Below are positions 1 through 10,162 of a DNA stretch of 64,000 nucleotides, in pieces. The translations under genes and the position numbers were made by a program. Origin of the DNA: an uncultured Dehalococcoidia bacterium. GTDB lineage: Bacteria; Chloroflexota; Dehalococcoidia; GIF9; UBA5629. The notes below the pieces were generated by a model. The model was given only the letters and a program-made list of their open reading frames with translations. It searched no databases and had not been told where the DNA came from. Positions within the stretch are counted from its first letter, which is position 1. Each line of letters begins with the position of its first letter. The stretch lies in NCBI GenBank assembly GCA_937975645.1, contig CALJTV010000036.1, forward strand, positions 39,622-103,621. The letters are read 5' to 3'.

Positions 1-435
1 ATGAGAGTGCCTGTCCAGCAAGGAAAGGTGCTGGCTCTGACCATGGACATCTATCAGCAGCCGCCCCAGCTCCTGCAGCAGCTTCCGACTTACTGCCCGC
101 CCATTTACCCTGACTACGCTGCGCCCCTGTCTGATGAACTCACATCTGATGACCAGTGTGTCATCGTCCGCTTCCAGCCCATTTTCTTTGAGAAACCCCT
201 GTAGCCGGGGAAAAGACTTTTCGGGCAGCACAAAAACGCCTTCGATTACAGACTTATCGCAGCCATAGCGGATGGCATCATCGTCCACCCTGCCTTCAAG
301 TAGTGCCTCGATTGCCTCGACGACCAGCGATTTGCCTGCCCCGGTCTCGCCGGTGACCACATTCAGCCCCGGGGAAGGTTCCCACTCTACGCTTTCGATA
401 ATGCCGAAGTCCCTGACCTTTAGCTGGAGCAGCAT
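1..435 (-). CDS. recN: DNA repair protein RecN, N-terminal part (gene continues past window start)
   Basis: Not in the ORF track because it runs off the edge. Own translation of the minus strand from ATG at 433-435: MLLQLKVRDFGIIESVEWEPSPGLNVVTGETGAGKSLVVEAIEALLEGR... This is a RecN/SMC-type N-terminus with Walker A GETGAGKS. The frame is open to position 1. Confidence 0.85.
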   Translation of the reverse strand, partial: MLLQLKVRDFGIIESVEWEPSPGLNVVTGETGAGKSLVVEAIEALLEGRVDDDAIRYGCDKSVIEGVFVLPEKSFPRLQGFLKENGLEADDDTLVIRCEFIRQGRSVVRVNGRAVSRKLLQELGRLLIDVHGQSQHLSLLDRHSH

Positions 436-436
436 A

Positions 437-1933
437 TTAAGCTGTCGGCTTGGCTAGCGCTTCCCTATCGCCACCGCTCATTCCGGCAATGTACCTAACG
501 AGTTTCTTCCTTGACTCAATGTCGTACTGTGTAGTAATAGCGATCTGCTCCATCACTGGCGAGCCACCGCCATGGTAGCTGCCGATGTTATGGATGCCAC
601 CGCTGGCTGAGCATAGTATGTCGCCGAGATAGCGCCAAAACTGCGCCTGGTCCTCTACTGGCATCTCCGGATTGCGCTTGGTATACTTCAGCAGCAGGTC
701 TCTCGTAGCCGGGTTGATGAAGTCCTTCTCGTGTGGGAAAGTAGCCACCACACCACCGGAGATATCGCACAGTATCTCAGCTTCCCTGAACACCGCCTCG
801 CCGGTAAGGCAGCGCCCTACATTGGCATAGATAGAATGCGGAATGTAGGAACCAGGACCGTAGTCCACAAAACCCACACCGGGCATGTACACCCGCGGAC
901 CGCCGAGGTCAGAGGCTGTATAGCCAGCAGCATAGCCCAGCTCGGTTACCATGATCAGCTCTGCCAGCTTTTCCCGTACTCGCGGGGTGCGGTGGATATT
1001 GTTCACCTCAGCTGCCAGTGCCGCAGTGCCGATCACCAGGTCACCAAGGGCTGGCTTGCAGCCTGAATAGGAATGGCGATGGAACAGTGCGAATAGCAGC
1101 GCCAGCACGCCACCATGCTGCCACTCACCACAGAGGAACACCCTCTCCCAGGGTACAAAGCAGTTATCAAAGATCACATAGGAGTCGGTGCTCCCAGGCA
1201 TAAAGCCACGCTTGAAGTGCTCCCTCGGCCTTAAGTTATGGATAGTGACCACGTGCTTGACACCGTCCCAATCACCAGGCACGGCAAACGCCACCGCATA
1301 GTCCTTGTCCTCGGCACGCAGTGCCCTGGTGGGCACCACCAGTATCTCATCAGCCTGCGCCGCCTCGGAGATATGTAGCTTGCACCCCCGCACCACAATG
1401 CCGTCGCTCTTCTTCTCCACCACATGCACATAGGCATCTGGGTCATGCTGGTCAGCTGGACGCAGCAGCCTGTCCCCCTTCACGTCTGTCTGGGCACAGC
1501 AGCCTACCAGGTCCTCAGTCTGGAAGCGGATAAGCCACTTTTTGAAGTTCTCGTGGTACTGAGTGGCACCTTTGTTTGCTTTGTCAGCTTCGTAGGAAAC
1601 ATTGTAGATAGCATTGGTAGCGTCTATGCCCATACACCTCTGAATACAGCCACCCACTTTCCGGCAGAGCACCCGCGTCATATCCTGTTTCTTATGTAAG
1701 TCATCTTTGTTCTGATGTATATGGCAGAAGCGGTTTATCCTCTGCCCGGTAAGGTGGGAGATGGCGGTAAGCAGGTCCTGATTTTCCGGTTTAGCTGCCT
1801 CCTCGAAGGTGGTGCCGATTGTGTTGAGCGTGTCCATGAAACGCTCATCAGTACGGTCGATAAGCTCGCCGTTGAAGTAGATATTGCGCTTCATTTTGGA
1901 CAGTCCCTTGATGTATTGCTCCTTAGTCCTCAT
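437..1933 (-). CDS. abfD: 4-hydroxybutyryl-CoA dehydratase / vinylacetyl-CoA isomerase family protein (HpaB-like fold)
   Basis: 498 aa. Overall AbfD-like sequence with a Cys motif (CRKVGGCIQRC) in the position of the [4Fe-4S] ligands. SD AGGAGGT precedes the ATG. Confidence 0.75.
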   Translation of the reverse strand: MRTKEQYIKGLSKMKRNIYFNGELIDRTDERFMDTLNTIGTTFEEAAKPENQDLLTAISHLTGQRINRFCHIHQNKDDLHKKQDMTRVLCRKVGGCIQRCMGIDATNAIYNVSYEADKANKGATQYHENFKKWLIRFQTEDLVGCCAQTDVKGDRLLRPADQHDPDAYVHVVEKKSDGIVVRGCKLHISEAAQADEILVVPTRALRAEDKDYAVAFAVPGDWDGVKHVVTIHNLRPREHFKRGFMPGSTDSYVIFDNCFVPWERVFLCGEWQHGGVLALLFALFHRHSYSGCKPALGDLVIGTAALAAEVNNIHRTPRVREKLAELIMVTELGYAAGYTASDLGGPRVYMPGVGFVDYGPGSYIPHSIYANVGRCLTGEAVFREAEILCDISGGVVATFPHEKDFINPATRDLLLKYTKRNPEMPVEDQAQFWRYLGDILCSASGGIHNIGSYHGGGSPVMEQIAITTQYDIESRKKLVRYIAGMSGGDREALAKPTA

Positions 1934-2072
1934 AAACTACCTCCTTTTGCTAGAATTGAATATTGCCGAGCCTCTGGTGCCACGGATATCTATAATTGTA
2001 GCCCTTCACGAAAAAAAAGTCACAGGAATATACTGCCCTTTTCCAAAACACCCTGTTACTCTGGGAGAGCAA

Positions 2073-3371
2073 CTACTTCCCTCCTCGCTGGCGCAGCAGT
2101 TCAGCGAAGTCCCTGCCCAGAGGGCTTAATGTACCCGAGAGCACATTCCGCAGTCCCCCTTGGTTGAGCATACGGTTGATTTCAGCGGTGGGAAGGTTTT
2201 TGGTCGCCGCACTGTACTCCAAATAGGCAAAGAAACTACGCGTCCAGAAGAAGGAGACAAAGTCCATCCCGGCGGCATCCGCCAGAGCCACCATGTTGCG
2301 GATAAACCACATGTCTAGTGGTTCCCAGAAGCTATAGGCATCGCGGTTCATAATTTTCTCGTCGCCCAGAGCCTCAGTAGCCCCGAGTTCGTTTGGCATC
2401 GCTTTCCACAGCCAGCTTTCAGAGACGGTCAGCCGCTTCTCGGCTGCCTTCGCCCGCCGCGCATATTGCAAGGCACGCTCAATGTACAGGGCACCTTTGT
2501 TCAGGGGATAGATATGCAAATCTATATAGTCCAGACCCGGCATCCCAAATAGCCCCTCGATGTACTCCTCCGGCTCCCAGGTGCCGATACCGGCACCCAC
2601 GAGCACCCCACCAGACCTGTCTATCCTTTGCAGCGTGTCAGCAACAAAGCTGTTCCATCTTGCCGGCAGGATGCGGAAGCCGGTGAGCCACTGCTGGGTG
2701 ACCGGCTCATTGGTCAGATTGAGATAGTCCGGCTTCACTTCACGAGCGATGAGCAAAAGCTCACTCTGCAACCCCTTGATAAAGCTTTCAGCAGTATATT
2801 TCGACCAGTCCACATATACCGATGAGTACGGTGTACCCGAGAACACAGCACCACCCTCCACCAGCACCCTCAGCCCGCGCCGGTGACATTCAGCAGTGAT
2901 GTCTTTGAAAAACTTGAGGTATTCTGCCGAGCGAGGAAAACCAGGTTCCAGGAGGGGGAACTTTATAGCTATCACCACCCCCCCCACCCCCATCTCCTGA
3001 AGCCTGTCAAGCAGCACAAGGTTATATTCCCAGGCCTGCTGGCTGAGCAGCCACTCGCCGGCGTTGCCGTTGGCATATGCCAGCTCCACAGCGATGATTA
3101 CGCCACTTTGTCTACCGTCCCACCCCTCCCTCACCATATCCTCAAAAGCCTTTAGCTCAGCACTCAACTCCTGGTACAGTGCCCGCCATTCCACCGGGAC
3201 ATCAGTGGTTGGCTCCGAGCGGGAAGGAGCTGCCGGTTGCGCCTCCGATGTAGCCGGCAGAGAAGTTGAGGGAAGAGGTGGCTGGGGTCTAGCCGCCGAG
3301 CAGGCAACAATGCAGAGCAGCCCCAAAAGTAGAACAACCACTCTCGATGCCCCTGCTACCGACCTGCTCAC
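2073..3371 (-). CDS. Putative lipoprotein, TIM-barrel glycoside-hydrolase-like (clan GH-A type NEP motif)
   Basis: The N-terminal signal/lipobox-like segment is LLLGLLCIVACS. 'NLTNEP' and a later 'VSESW' resemble GH5-type acid/base and nucleophile motifs. No specific family was recognised. Confidence 0.5.
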   Translation of the reverse strand: MSRSVAGASRVVVLLLGLLCIVACSAARPQPPLPSTSLPATSEAQPAAPSRSEPTTDVPVEWRALYQELSAELKAFEDMVREGWDGRQSGVIIAVELAYANGNAGEWLLSQQAWEYNLVLLDRLQEMGVGGVVIAIKFPLLEPGFPRSAEYLKFFKDITAECHRRGLRVLVEGGAVFSGTPYSSVYVDWSKYTAESFIKGLQSELLLIAREVKPDYLNLTNEPVTQQWLTGFRILPARWNSFVADTLQRIDRSGGVLVGAGIGTWEPEEYIEGLFGMPGLDYIDLHIYPLNKGALYIERALQYARRAKAAEKRLTVSESWLWKAMPNELGATEALGDEKIMNRDAYSFWEPLDMWFIRNMVALADAAGMDFVSFFWTRSFFAYLEYSAATKNLPTAEINRMLNQGGLRNVLSGTLSPLGRDFAELLRQRGGK

Positions 3372-3386
3372 AGACCGCCTGTCCCA

Positions 3387-3944
3387 TCACTTCTGATTGA
3401 GCATCTCGGCAACTCGTCTGCCCAGCTTCCGCGCTTCTTCCAGCAGCGGCTGCTTATTTTTCACCTCACCCACCTTGCTGGCATAGCCGGTTAGCGTCAC
3501 CAGCCTGTCATCCGGGACATCGAAGGAAAGCTTCAGAAACCGCCTCAATGCTCGCACCGTATGGTCCAGCCCAGCACCACCGCCGACCACTACCAGTCCG
3601 GCACAGGTAGCTTTTGGCGTTATATCGTGGCGATAAAGGAAGTAGTTCCTGTCCACAAATGCCTTCATCTGCGCGGTCATATTATAGTAGTAGACAGGGC
3701 TGCCCAGGACCACGCCGTCAGCCTGGCAGTACTTCTCCAGAATCCAGGGGGCATCGTCCTCCTGCTTGCATTTGGCAAACGAAGAACAATTGTCATGCCC
3801 TAGACATGGACCAACCTTGTATTCTCCAAGGACTATCTTCTCCGTCTCCACACCGTACTCCGCCGCTGCCTTGAGCACCTCATCCACCAGAAGACTGGTA
3901 TTACCCTTCGGTCTGGGACTGCCCACGATAGCTACAATCTTCAT
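3387..3944 (-). CDS. Flavodoxin-like fold / NADPH-dependent FMN reductase family (iron-sulfur flavoprotein-like)
   Basis: MKIVAIVGSPRPKGNTSLL... is a typical N-terminus. The start is moved to ATG 3944, which has an AGGAGA SD. The longer track ORF adds an unlikely 15 aa. Confidence 0.75.
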   Translation of the reverse strand: MKIVAIVGSPRPKGNTSLLVDEVLKAAAEYGVETEKIVLGEYKVGPCLGHDNCSSFAKCKQEDDAPWILEKYCQADGVVLGSPVYYYNMTAQMKAFVDRNYFLYRHDITPKATCAGLVVVGGGAGLDHTVRALRRFLKLSFDVPDDRLVTLTGYASKVGEVKNKQPLLEEARKLGRRVAEMLNQK

Positions 3945-4153
3945 AGTTTCTCCTTTCCATGGTTTGACAAAAAGTCTCCAGTGAAGCACCGATTAGTATA
4001 GCAAAAAGCGACAAAAACGGTGAGCGCCGCGCTCCCGACACTTTAGCCATAACATCTATGCCGAGTCCCACAGCAAGCACCGCGCCTCTAAGCACCGAAG
4101 CCTAGCATATCCACACTGTTGCACGTCCTGTGCCGGAATGGTAACTTGGGAAT

Positions 4154-4864
4154 ATGCAACCACTGGACATTGGCATAGAAAGCCCTGTCGAGTGCACCGT
4201 GTTGCGGCGATTGAACCGATTTGTGGTCGAGATCGCTGTGGCTGGCATTCCAGAACACGCCTGTATCAACAATACGGGTCGGCTGGAACAATTTTTGCAC
4301 CCCGCAAGGAAGGGTTTCTGCACCCGGAACAGACGCCTGCTTAAGACCGCTTACCGCCTATTCGCCATTAGTGATGGCGAAATGGCAGCAGTAATCGATA
4401 CCCAGCTCCAGATGAAGGCATTTGAGCGGGCACTGGCGCTGGGACTCTTACCATGGCTCAAAGGCTACGCTGTGCTAAAGAGAAACCCACGGCTAGGGAG
4501 TTCCGCCATAGACTATCTGCTGGCAAGCCAGAAAGGTCAATTATATCTGGAGGTGAAAAGCGCAGTACTCCGCGAAGGTCACTGCGCCATGTACCCCGAT
4601 TGTCCTTCGGCACGGGGGCAAAGACACATAAAGGAACTCACTAAGCATAAGGCAAAAGGCGGCGCCGCGACGATTTTGTTCATCGCCGCGCTCCCGGACA
4701 CAAAAGCCTTCAAGCCGAACCGGGGTGCTGATCCCCGGCTCGCCGACCTACTACTCATCGCCAGAGACACAGGCGTGGAGCTTCGGGCTATCGGGCTTGC
4801 CTACCGCCCGCAGGACTCGCACATTTATCTTCATAATCATGACCTCCCAGTTGAGCTTTGTTGA
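4154..4864 (+). CDS. sfsA: Sugar fermentation stimulation protein SfsA family
   Basis: 236 aa. The N-terminal region 'RRLNRFVVEI' and the overall length fit SfsA. Confidence 0.75.
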   Translation: MQPLDIGIESPVECTVLRRLNRFVVEIAVAGIPEHACINNTGRLEQFLHPARKGFCTRNRRLLKTAYRLFAISDGEMAAVIDTQLQMKAFERALALGLLPWLKGYAVLKRNPRLGSSAIDYLLASQKGQLYLEVKSAVLREGHCAMYPDCPSARGQRHIKELTKHKAKGGAATILFIAALPDTKAFKPNRGADPRLADLLLIARDTGVELRAIGLAYRPQDSHIYLHNHDLPVELC

Positions 4865-4920
4865 CACATACCTACCCAGACGGTATACTGCCTGATTAAA
4901 ACCGCTAAGCGAGGTCTGAG

Positions 4921-5493
4921 ATGGGTACCATAGAGAGCAAGGTCTTCTACTTCACCAAACCGGGAGCTGAGAATACCGATGATGTCCTCCGCATCGTCAA
5001 AACCAGGGCGGAAGAGCTAGGCATCAAAACGGTCATAGTCGCCTCCACCACCGGCGCTACCGCAGTCAAGGCGGTGGAGGTGCTCAAAGGACTGAAAGTG
5101 GTAGTGGTCACTCACCATGCTGGCTTCCGCGAGCCTAACACCCAGGAGTTCACCGAGGAAAACAGGCGAAAGGTGGAGAACGCTGGCGGACTGGTCCTCA
5201 CCACCACACACGCCTTTGCTGGCATAGACAGGGCAATGCGCCGAAAATTCAATATGTACCTCACCGGCGAAATCATCGCCAATACATTGCGCACCTTCGG
5301 ACAGGGTATGAAAGTTGCCTGCGAGATCGCCTTGATGGCAGCCGATGCCGGGCTCGTACGTACCGACGAAGCTGTCATCTGTATTGGCGGCACCGGACGC
5401 GGGGCGGACACCGCTCTAGTGCTCACGCCAGTCAACTCTCAAGACTTCTTCGACCTCAGGATCAAGGAAGTCCTGTGCAAGCCACACTTTTAA
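4921..5493 (+). CDS. Pyruvate kinase alpha/beta (C-terminal) domain-like protein
   Basis: 190 aa, beginning MGTIESKVFYFTKPGAENTDDVL...VIVASTTGATA. This resembles stand-alone PK C-domain proteins. Confidence 0.6.
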   Translation: MGTIESKVFYFTKPGAENTDDVLRIVKTRAEELGIKTVIVASTTGATAVKAVEVLKGLKVVVVTHHAGFREPNTQEFTEENRRKVENAGGLVLTTTHAFAGIDRAMRRKFNMYLTGEIIANTLRTFGQGMKVACEIALMAADAGLVRTDEAVICIGGTGRGADTALVLTPVNSQDFFDLRIKEVLCKPHF

Positions 5494-5556
5494 GGGGCTT
5501 GGCAGAGAGTTTGATGGCAGCCACTACCACAGGCAGACCCGTGCCCGAAGCAGTCG

Positions 5557-5892
5557 CTATTGCCCAGTGGGGATCTCAGGATAAAGCGGCGAGCCTGCTT
5601 TCATGTACCGTGTCATGTGGCGCATCGCCGCCACCAGCTTCTTACTCGCCTTCTCATACAGCTCTGACTCGAACCAGTAGTACTCGGTCTTGCTGGTGAC
5701 ACCCACGGCGATTATCTTGCCTTTCGTCTGATAGGACACATCCGCCTTAACAGGCCCATTTAAAAACCGCAGCTCGCTGGCACCGTAGAACCCCACCCCT
5801 TTGGCTTCAAAGGGCAACCTCACTTGCATCAGGTAGGCAACACGACTGAGTGGCAGGATGGGTACACCCCAAGGGGACTTGCGGAATACCAC
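5557..5892 (-). CDS. Hypothetical protein, start uncertain (GTG 5892 or ATG 5829)
   Basis: The ORF overlaps the upstream ORF by 64 nt if it starts at GTG 5892, where GAGGA lies 9 nt upstream. Alternatively ATG 5829 forms a TGATG stop/start junction with the upstream ORF. Confidence 0.45.
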   Translation of the reverse strand: MVFRKSPWGVPILPLSRVAYLMQVRLPFEAKGVGFYGASELRFLNGPVKADVSYQTKGKIIAVGVTSKTEYYWFESELYEKASKKLVAAMRHMTRYMKAGSPLYPEIPTGQ

Positions 5893-6431
5893 TCCACTAC
5901 ATCCTCGCAGTTCCCCAGCAATTTCTTCACCGCCTCGCCGCTTTCCCAGACCTCCCTCAGCGGCGTCTCCCAGCCGACCTCGAGTTCCCTGAGAATACGC
6001 CGTTCCTCCGGCCGAGCGCTTTCTAGTTCCAGCGTCTGCAAGTATGGCTTGTCAGCAGGGCTGCCCACCGAGACCGTCCCAGTCGCTACCGTGTGCCCGT
6101 CTCTGGACTCAAGCCTTGTCTCAACCTGAACATCCCTGACATCCTTCGGTGGCACTTGCATGACCACTCTTACCTCCTCGCCATGTAACAGCGCATAGGT
6201 AAAAAACAAGCTGACCGTCCCCCGTTCAAACCATCTCTGCCCGAACAGTTTTGCCACCACCGGCGCATAGAGGTCGAAATGTATGATGCCTGCTACCACG
6301 CCACCCCTCATCCCCACCTTCTTGCCCACAGCTTCGTCATGGATCGAACCGGCTATGCCGGCGTGTGGATTGATGGCTCTGCGCCACTCCCCATAAACAT
6401 AGTCCTCTCTGGCCACAATATCGTCTGCCAC
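5829..6431 (-). CDS. Hypothetical protein (possibly hotdog-fold / MaoC-like)
   Basis: 200-aa ORF with coding-like composition. Only weak resemblance to dehydratase hotdog folds. Confidence 0.5.
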   Translation of the reverse strand: MADDIVAREDYVYGEWRRAINPHAGIAGSIHDEAVGKKVGMRGGVVAGIIHFDLYAPVVAKLFGQRWFERGTVSLFFTYALLHGEEVRVVMQVPPKDVRDVQVETRLESRDGHTVATGTVSVGSPADKPYLQTLELESARPEERRILRELEVGWETPLREVWESGEAVKKLLGNCEDVVEWYSASPLGVYPSCHSVVLPT

Positions 6432-6537
6432 AGTGTCGCCCCCTCAGCGATTTAGCCCTGTCCCTGCAGTACACCCGCATATTATACCGCCCATCGCGCG
6501 ACGTCAACCCCAACCACAGATACAGCCTGTATCTGGC

Positions 6538-7353
6538 TCACTTTTTGAGTACCTCATACAGACGGGCCACATTCATCCGCTGCACCAGCATCGCCCTGTC
6601 CTCAGAACCTGCCTGCATGGGATACCGGTCAAGCAGCGAGATTTGCTCCTGAGCTTCTTCTAGGCTCATCCCCTTATCTATAGCCCCCTTAACTGCATCT
6701 ATCCATGCCTGAATAAAGGCAATCATCTCAGGTATATAGTCCCGACCACATATTTCGCCGTGTCCCGGGACCAGTATGTCAGCACCCATCTCCTGAATCC
6801 TCTTCAAAGACTCCAACCACTCATAGGGAAGGGCTTGGTGAAGCCAAGCCTGCACTTTCCCGAACACGTTATCTGAGGTGAACACCACCCTCTCCTCGGG
6901 GATATAGACTGCAAGTTGGAACTGGGTATGCCCAGGCAGGTTAACAAGCTGGAAGGTGTGGTCGCCCAGATAAAGGGTAAGCCTTTGAGAAAGCGTGATG
7001 GCGGGTAAACGATAGCTAAATTCGCCAATCATGGTAAGGCTTTCAGGGTCAGCAACCTTGAGATATTCTTTTAGCTGGTCGACCGAGGCAGCCAGCATCG
7101 CCTGCCTGGTCCCCTCGTGAGCGACTACTGTCCCCTCGAAGAAGTAGTTGCCAGTGAAATGGTCACCGTGCGGTTCGGTGTTTATTAGGTAACGGACTGT
7201 ACCATGCTTGGCAACCTCCTCCCGCCATCTTAACGCCTCCCGCGGCATCATCGGAGTATCGATCATCACCACCCCTTCTTTGGTGACCACAAAGCCAACA
7301 TTGCACCCACGAAATCCGGTCTCAACAAAAACGTTCTTAGTAATCCTCTGCAT
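6538..7353 (-). CDS. MBL-fold metallo-hydrolase
   Basis: 'TEPHGDHFTGN' is a metal-binding motif. The start is set at ATG 7353, behind GAGGAGGG. Confidence 0.8.
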   Translation of the reverse strand: MQRITKNVFVETGFRGCNVGFVVTKEGVVMIDTPMMPREALRWREEVAKHGTVRYLINTEPHGDHFTGNYFFEGTVVAHEGTRQAMLAASVDQLKEYLKVADPESLTMIGEFSYRLPAITLSQRLTLYLGDHTFQLVNLPGHTQFQLAVYIPEERVVFTSDNVFGKVQAWLHQALPYEWLESLKRIQEMGADILVPGHGEICGRDYIPEMIAFIQAWIDAVKGAIDKGMSLEEAQEQISLLDRYPMQAGSEDRAMLVQRMNVARLYEVLKK

Positions 7354-7399
7354 GACACCCTCCTCTGCAAGCCACAACCTGCGTTCCTGGGTTTCAGGT

Positions 7400-8152
7400 T
7401 TACTTGCCCTTGTACTGTGGCGGTCTCTTTTCTACAAAAGCTCGGGCGCCCTCGGCGAAGTCCTCACTCATCCTGACGCGGTTGGCAAGCTCACGCTCGA
7501 GCCGTAGCCCATCTTCCAGTGCACGGTCGTAGCCCCGGATCATAGCCTCCTTACTGGCGCGTACCCCCACAGGTCCCTTTTTACAGATGGTCTCCGCCCA
7601 CTGTTTGGCAGTTGGCATAAGCTCAGCCAGCGGCACTACCTTGTTCACCAAGCCAACGCGGTACGCTTCCTGGGCATCAATTGGTTCCCCAAGCAAGAGC
7701 AACTGGGCTGCTATGGCACGCGGTATGAAGCGGGGCAACCGCTGCGTGCCGCCAGCACCGGGCATGAAGCCGATGTTTATCTCCGGCTGGCCCAGACGGG
7801 CATGCTCCGCTGCAATCCTCAGGTCGCACTCCAGCGCCAGTTCCAACCCGCCACCGAGGGCATAGCCGTTGATTGCCGCGATAAAAGGCTTCCAGACCTG
7901 GTCTGGGTGAACGGTCTCACCCACAGCAGCCACTGCACCAGGACGGAACTCCTTGATATCTGCACCAGCGGAAAAAGCCCGGTCACCAGCGCCAGTCAGA
8001 ATAGCCACCCAGAGGTCGGGATCATCACGGAATTCAATAAAAGCCCGGTTCAACCCCTGACGCACCTCAGCGTTAAGCGCATTCATTGCTTCTGGACGGT
8101 TAATAGTGATGATGACAATTTTGCCCTCTTTCTGAACCTCTACGACCGCCAT
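7400..8152 (-). CDS. Enoyl-CoA hydratase/isomerase (crotonase) family
   Basis: MAVVEVQKEGKIVIITINRPEAMNALN... and GGGLELALECD are typical. The start is set at ATG 8152, behind AAGGAGGG. Confidence 0.85.
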   Translation of the reverse strand: MAVVEVQKEGKIVIITINRPEAMNALNAEVRQGLNRAFIEFRDDPDLWVAILTGAGDRAFSAGADIKEFRPGAVAAVGETVHPDQVWKPFIAAINGYALGGGLELALECDLRIAAEHARLGQPEINIGFMPGAGGTQRLPRFIPRAIAAQLLLLGEPIDAQEAYRVGLVNKVVPLAELMPTAKQWAETICKKGPVGVRASKEAMIRGYDRALEDGLRLERELANRVRMSEDFAEGARAFVEKRPPQYKGK

Positions 8153-8425
8153 GTTGCCCTCCTTAATAGTAGTTTTAGCCGCAAATAGCGAGCCAGTCAT
8201 GTAGTGTGGACGTGCTTTTTTGCTTTGCCTCAGCTAGCCTCGCGGCAAGGCGTATTCTAGCAGAGGCTAAGGACGAAAACAAACCGAGTAGTGCAATAGG
8301 CGCTTGTTCTTTAATTGCCTTGCTAGCCAAAAAGGACTTTCAGGTCTTCACCCTGCACGGCTACAACCGTTGTTTATCGAGATACCTTACCACTGGCTTC
8401 CACCACCCCCTCTATTTTTCTCCAC

Positions 8426-10162
8426 TCATTGTTTGGCTAGTGGGATCACCGGCAGATCAATATATGAAGGATACCCTGACTCATGGAATATGGTCTGCAG
8501 GGCGAGAATACCCCGGGCGTCCTCTCCAGGAGCGTTGCCGGTATTCATATTGCGCTCGAACCGCGGGAAATTGCTGCTGGTGATATCTATGCGCATGCGG
8601 TGTCCCTTACGAAATAGGTTGCTAGTCGAAGCCAAGTCAATCACATACTCATTGATCTCCCCCGGATTTACCAGCTCGGGCTTGAGAATCGACTTCCTGA
8701 ATCTAGCCCGAATACAGCCTTCCGCCACATTTATGGCAAGTCCATTGGGATAGACATCAACTAGCTTCACGAAAAAGTCTGTGTCCTTCGCTGAGGTGGC
8801 AGCGAAAAGGTGAAGCTTTAAAGGGCCGGTTATCTCCATATCTTCTGGCAACTCTGGGGTGGTATAACACAGGACATCGTGCCGTCTTTCGATAATGGAC
8901 TGGTCCTGTGGTCCGGCAGGTTGGTTGAGGTCCGGGTTAAGCCTGCCACCCCGGGTGGGCACGGGGTCGTGCGGATTATACACATAGATATCCGGCGGTT
9001 CCGCCCCTGGTTCGTCCCGGCTGAGCAGACCGTCGCCTGAGGCAGAGTTAGCATGCCCCCGGCTGTGCAGGTAAAATCGCTGCCACTGCGTCTCCGGCAA
9101 GGGCCAGGTGGTGGCGTTCCTCCACCTGTTCAGCCCCATGACAAAATAACGTATAGGTACGAGGTAAGGACTGTCAACCCCCCTTAAATATTTGTCGAAA
9201 AACTGTATATGTCGCTCGGTGGCAAAGGCACCCACCCCAGAAGCATACGCGCCGAAATTGAGTGCACCGATGAAATTGTGGAGCCTTGCCCCGTGGACCC
9301 AGGGTCCCATTAACACATGCTGCCCCTCCCGGGCAATCTGCGAACCACCTTTTTCTCTCATCTTGAGGAAGTTCAAGAAAGTGTGCCCAACGCTCATGTC
9401 ATACCACCCGCAGGAATGCATGATCGGCACCTTCACTTTCTCATAGGGCCAGAATATTTCTTCTTCGGACTTAATCCCTTTCAGGTTATCATAACTCAAG
9501 CGCCTAATAAGCCACTGCTCCATCCCTTCAAACTTAAAATAGGGTATGTCTTTAAGCGGCAAAAAGTTGCACACTTCTTCAAAATTGTTCAGAACGTACC
9601 TGATGTTTTCCACTGCCTTAGAAACGTCTTTCCCCTGCTTCGCCATTTTCGCCAGCATGTCGAAGGCCATGTTGGCGAACCAGCTCATGGTCGTTTCCAG
9701 CTCCTTTATCCCTGCCATTTCAGCCTCACCTAACATACCGGCTCCGATGACATGGGGAGCAATGGCTTTGAGATGGGGCGGGTTCTCTATTGCAGCTTGC
9801 CATTGGTTCCGCGCCAGATATGATGCGCCTGCCATGCCAACGTTCCCGTCACACCAGGGCTCAGCCGCTACAAACTCTACCGTGTCGTACCCGTCCTTCC
9901 CCTCCGGTGCCCCCGGGACGAACTCGCCCTCTGAGGCGAACCTGCCTCTGGTATCTTGGATAACTACAGCATACCCTGCAAAAGCCGCCTCTATAGGAGA
10001 CAGGAAATCGCTGAAGACAGAGTGCGCTTTGTTATACGGTGTCCGTATCACGATAGCTGGATGCTTTTCGCTATCGTCCGGTCGGTAGACATCAGCCCTC
10101 AGCACCACACCGTCCCGCATCCGCATAGGGACATTTCGGTCCACACGAATTGAACTTACCAT
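8426..10162 (-). CDS. CocE/NonD family hydrolase (X-Pro dipeptidyl-peptidase S15-like)
   Basis: 578 aa. 'VPMRMRDGVVLRADVYRPDD...PAIVIRTPYNK' is a typical N-terminus. SD AAGGAGGAG. Confidence 0.85.
   Translation of the reverse strand: MVSSIRVDRNVPMRMRDGVVLRADVYRPDDSEKHPAIVIRTPYNKAHSVFSDFLSPIEAAFAGYAVVIQDTRGRFASEGEFVPGAPEGKDGYDTVEFVAAEPWCDGNVGMAGASYLARNQWQAAIENPPHLKAIAPHVIGAGMLGEAEMAGIKELETTMSWFANMAFDMLAKMAKQGKDVSKAVENIRYVLNNFEEVCNFLPLKDIPYFKFEGMEQWLIRRLSYDNLKGIKSEEEIFWPYEKVKVPIMHSCGWYDMSVGHTFLNFLKMREKGGSQIAREGQHVLMGPWVHGARLHNFIGALNFGAYASGVGAFATERHIQFFDKYLRGVDSPYLVPIRYFVMGLNRWRNATTWPLPETQWQRFYLHSRGHANSASGDGLLSRDEPGAEPPDIYVYNPHDPVPTRGGRLNPDLNQPAGPQDQSIIERRHDVLCYTTPELPEDMEITGPLKLHLFAATSAKDTDFFVKLVDVYPNGLAINVAEGCIRARFRKSILKPELVNPGEINEYVIDLASTSNLFRKGHRMRIDITSSNFPRFERNMNTGNAPGEDARGILALQTIFHESGYPSYIDLPVIPLAKQ

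Noticed and set aside
1-204. The 67-aa plus-strand ORF at the window start.
   Set aside because: It is the shadow of the minus-strand recN N-terminus, which has an unmistakable Walker A region.
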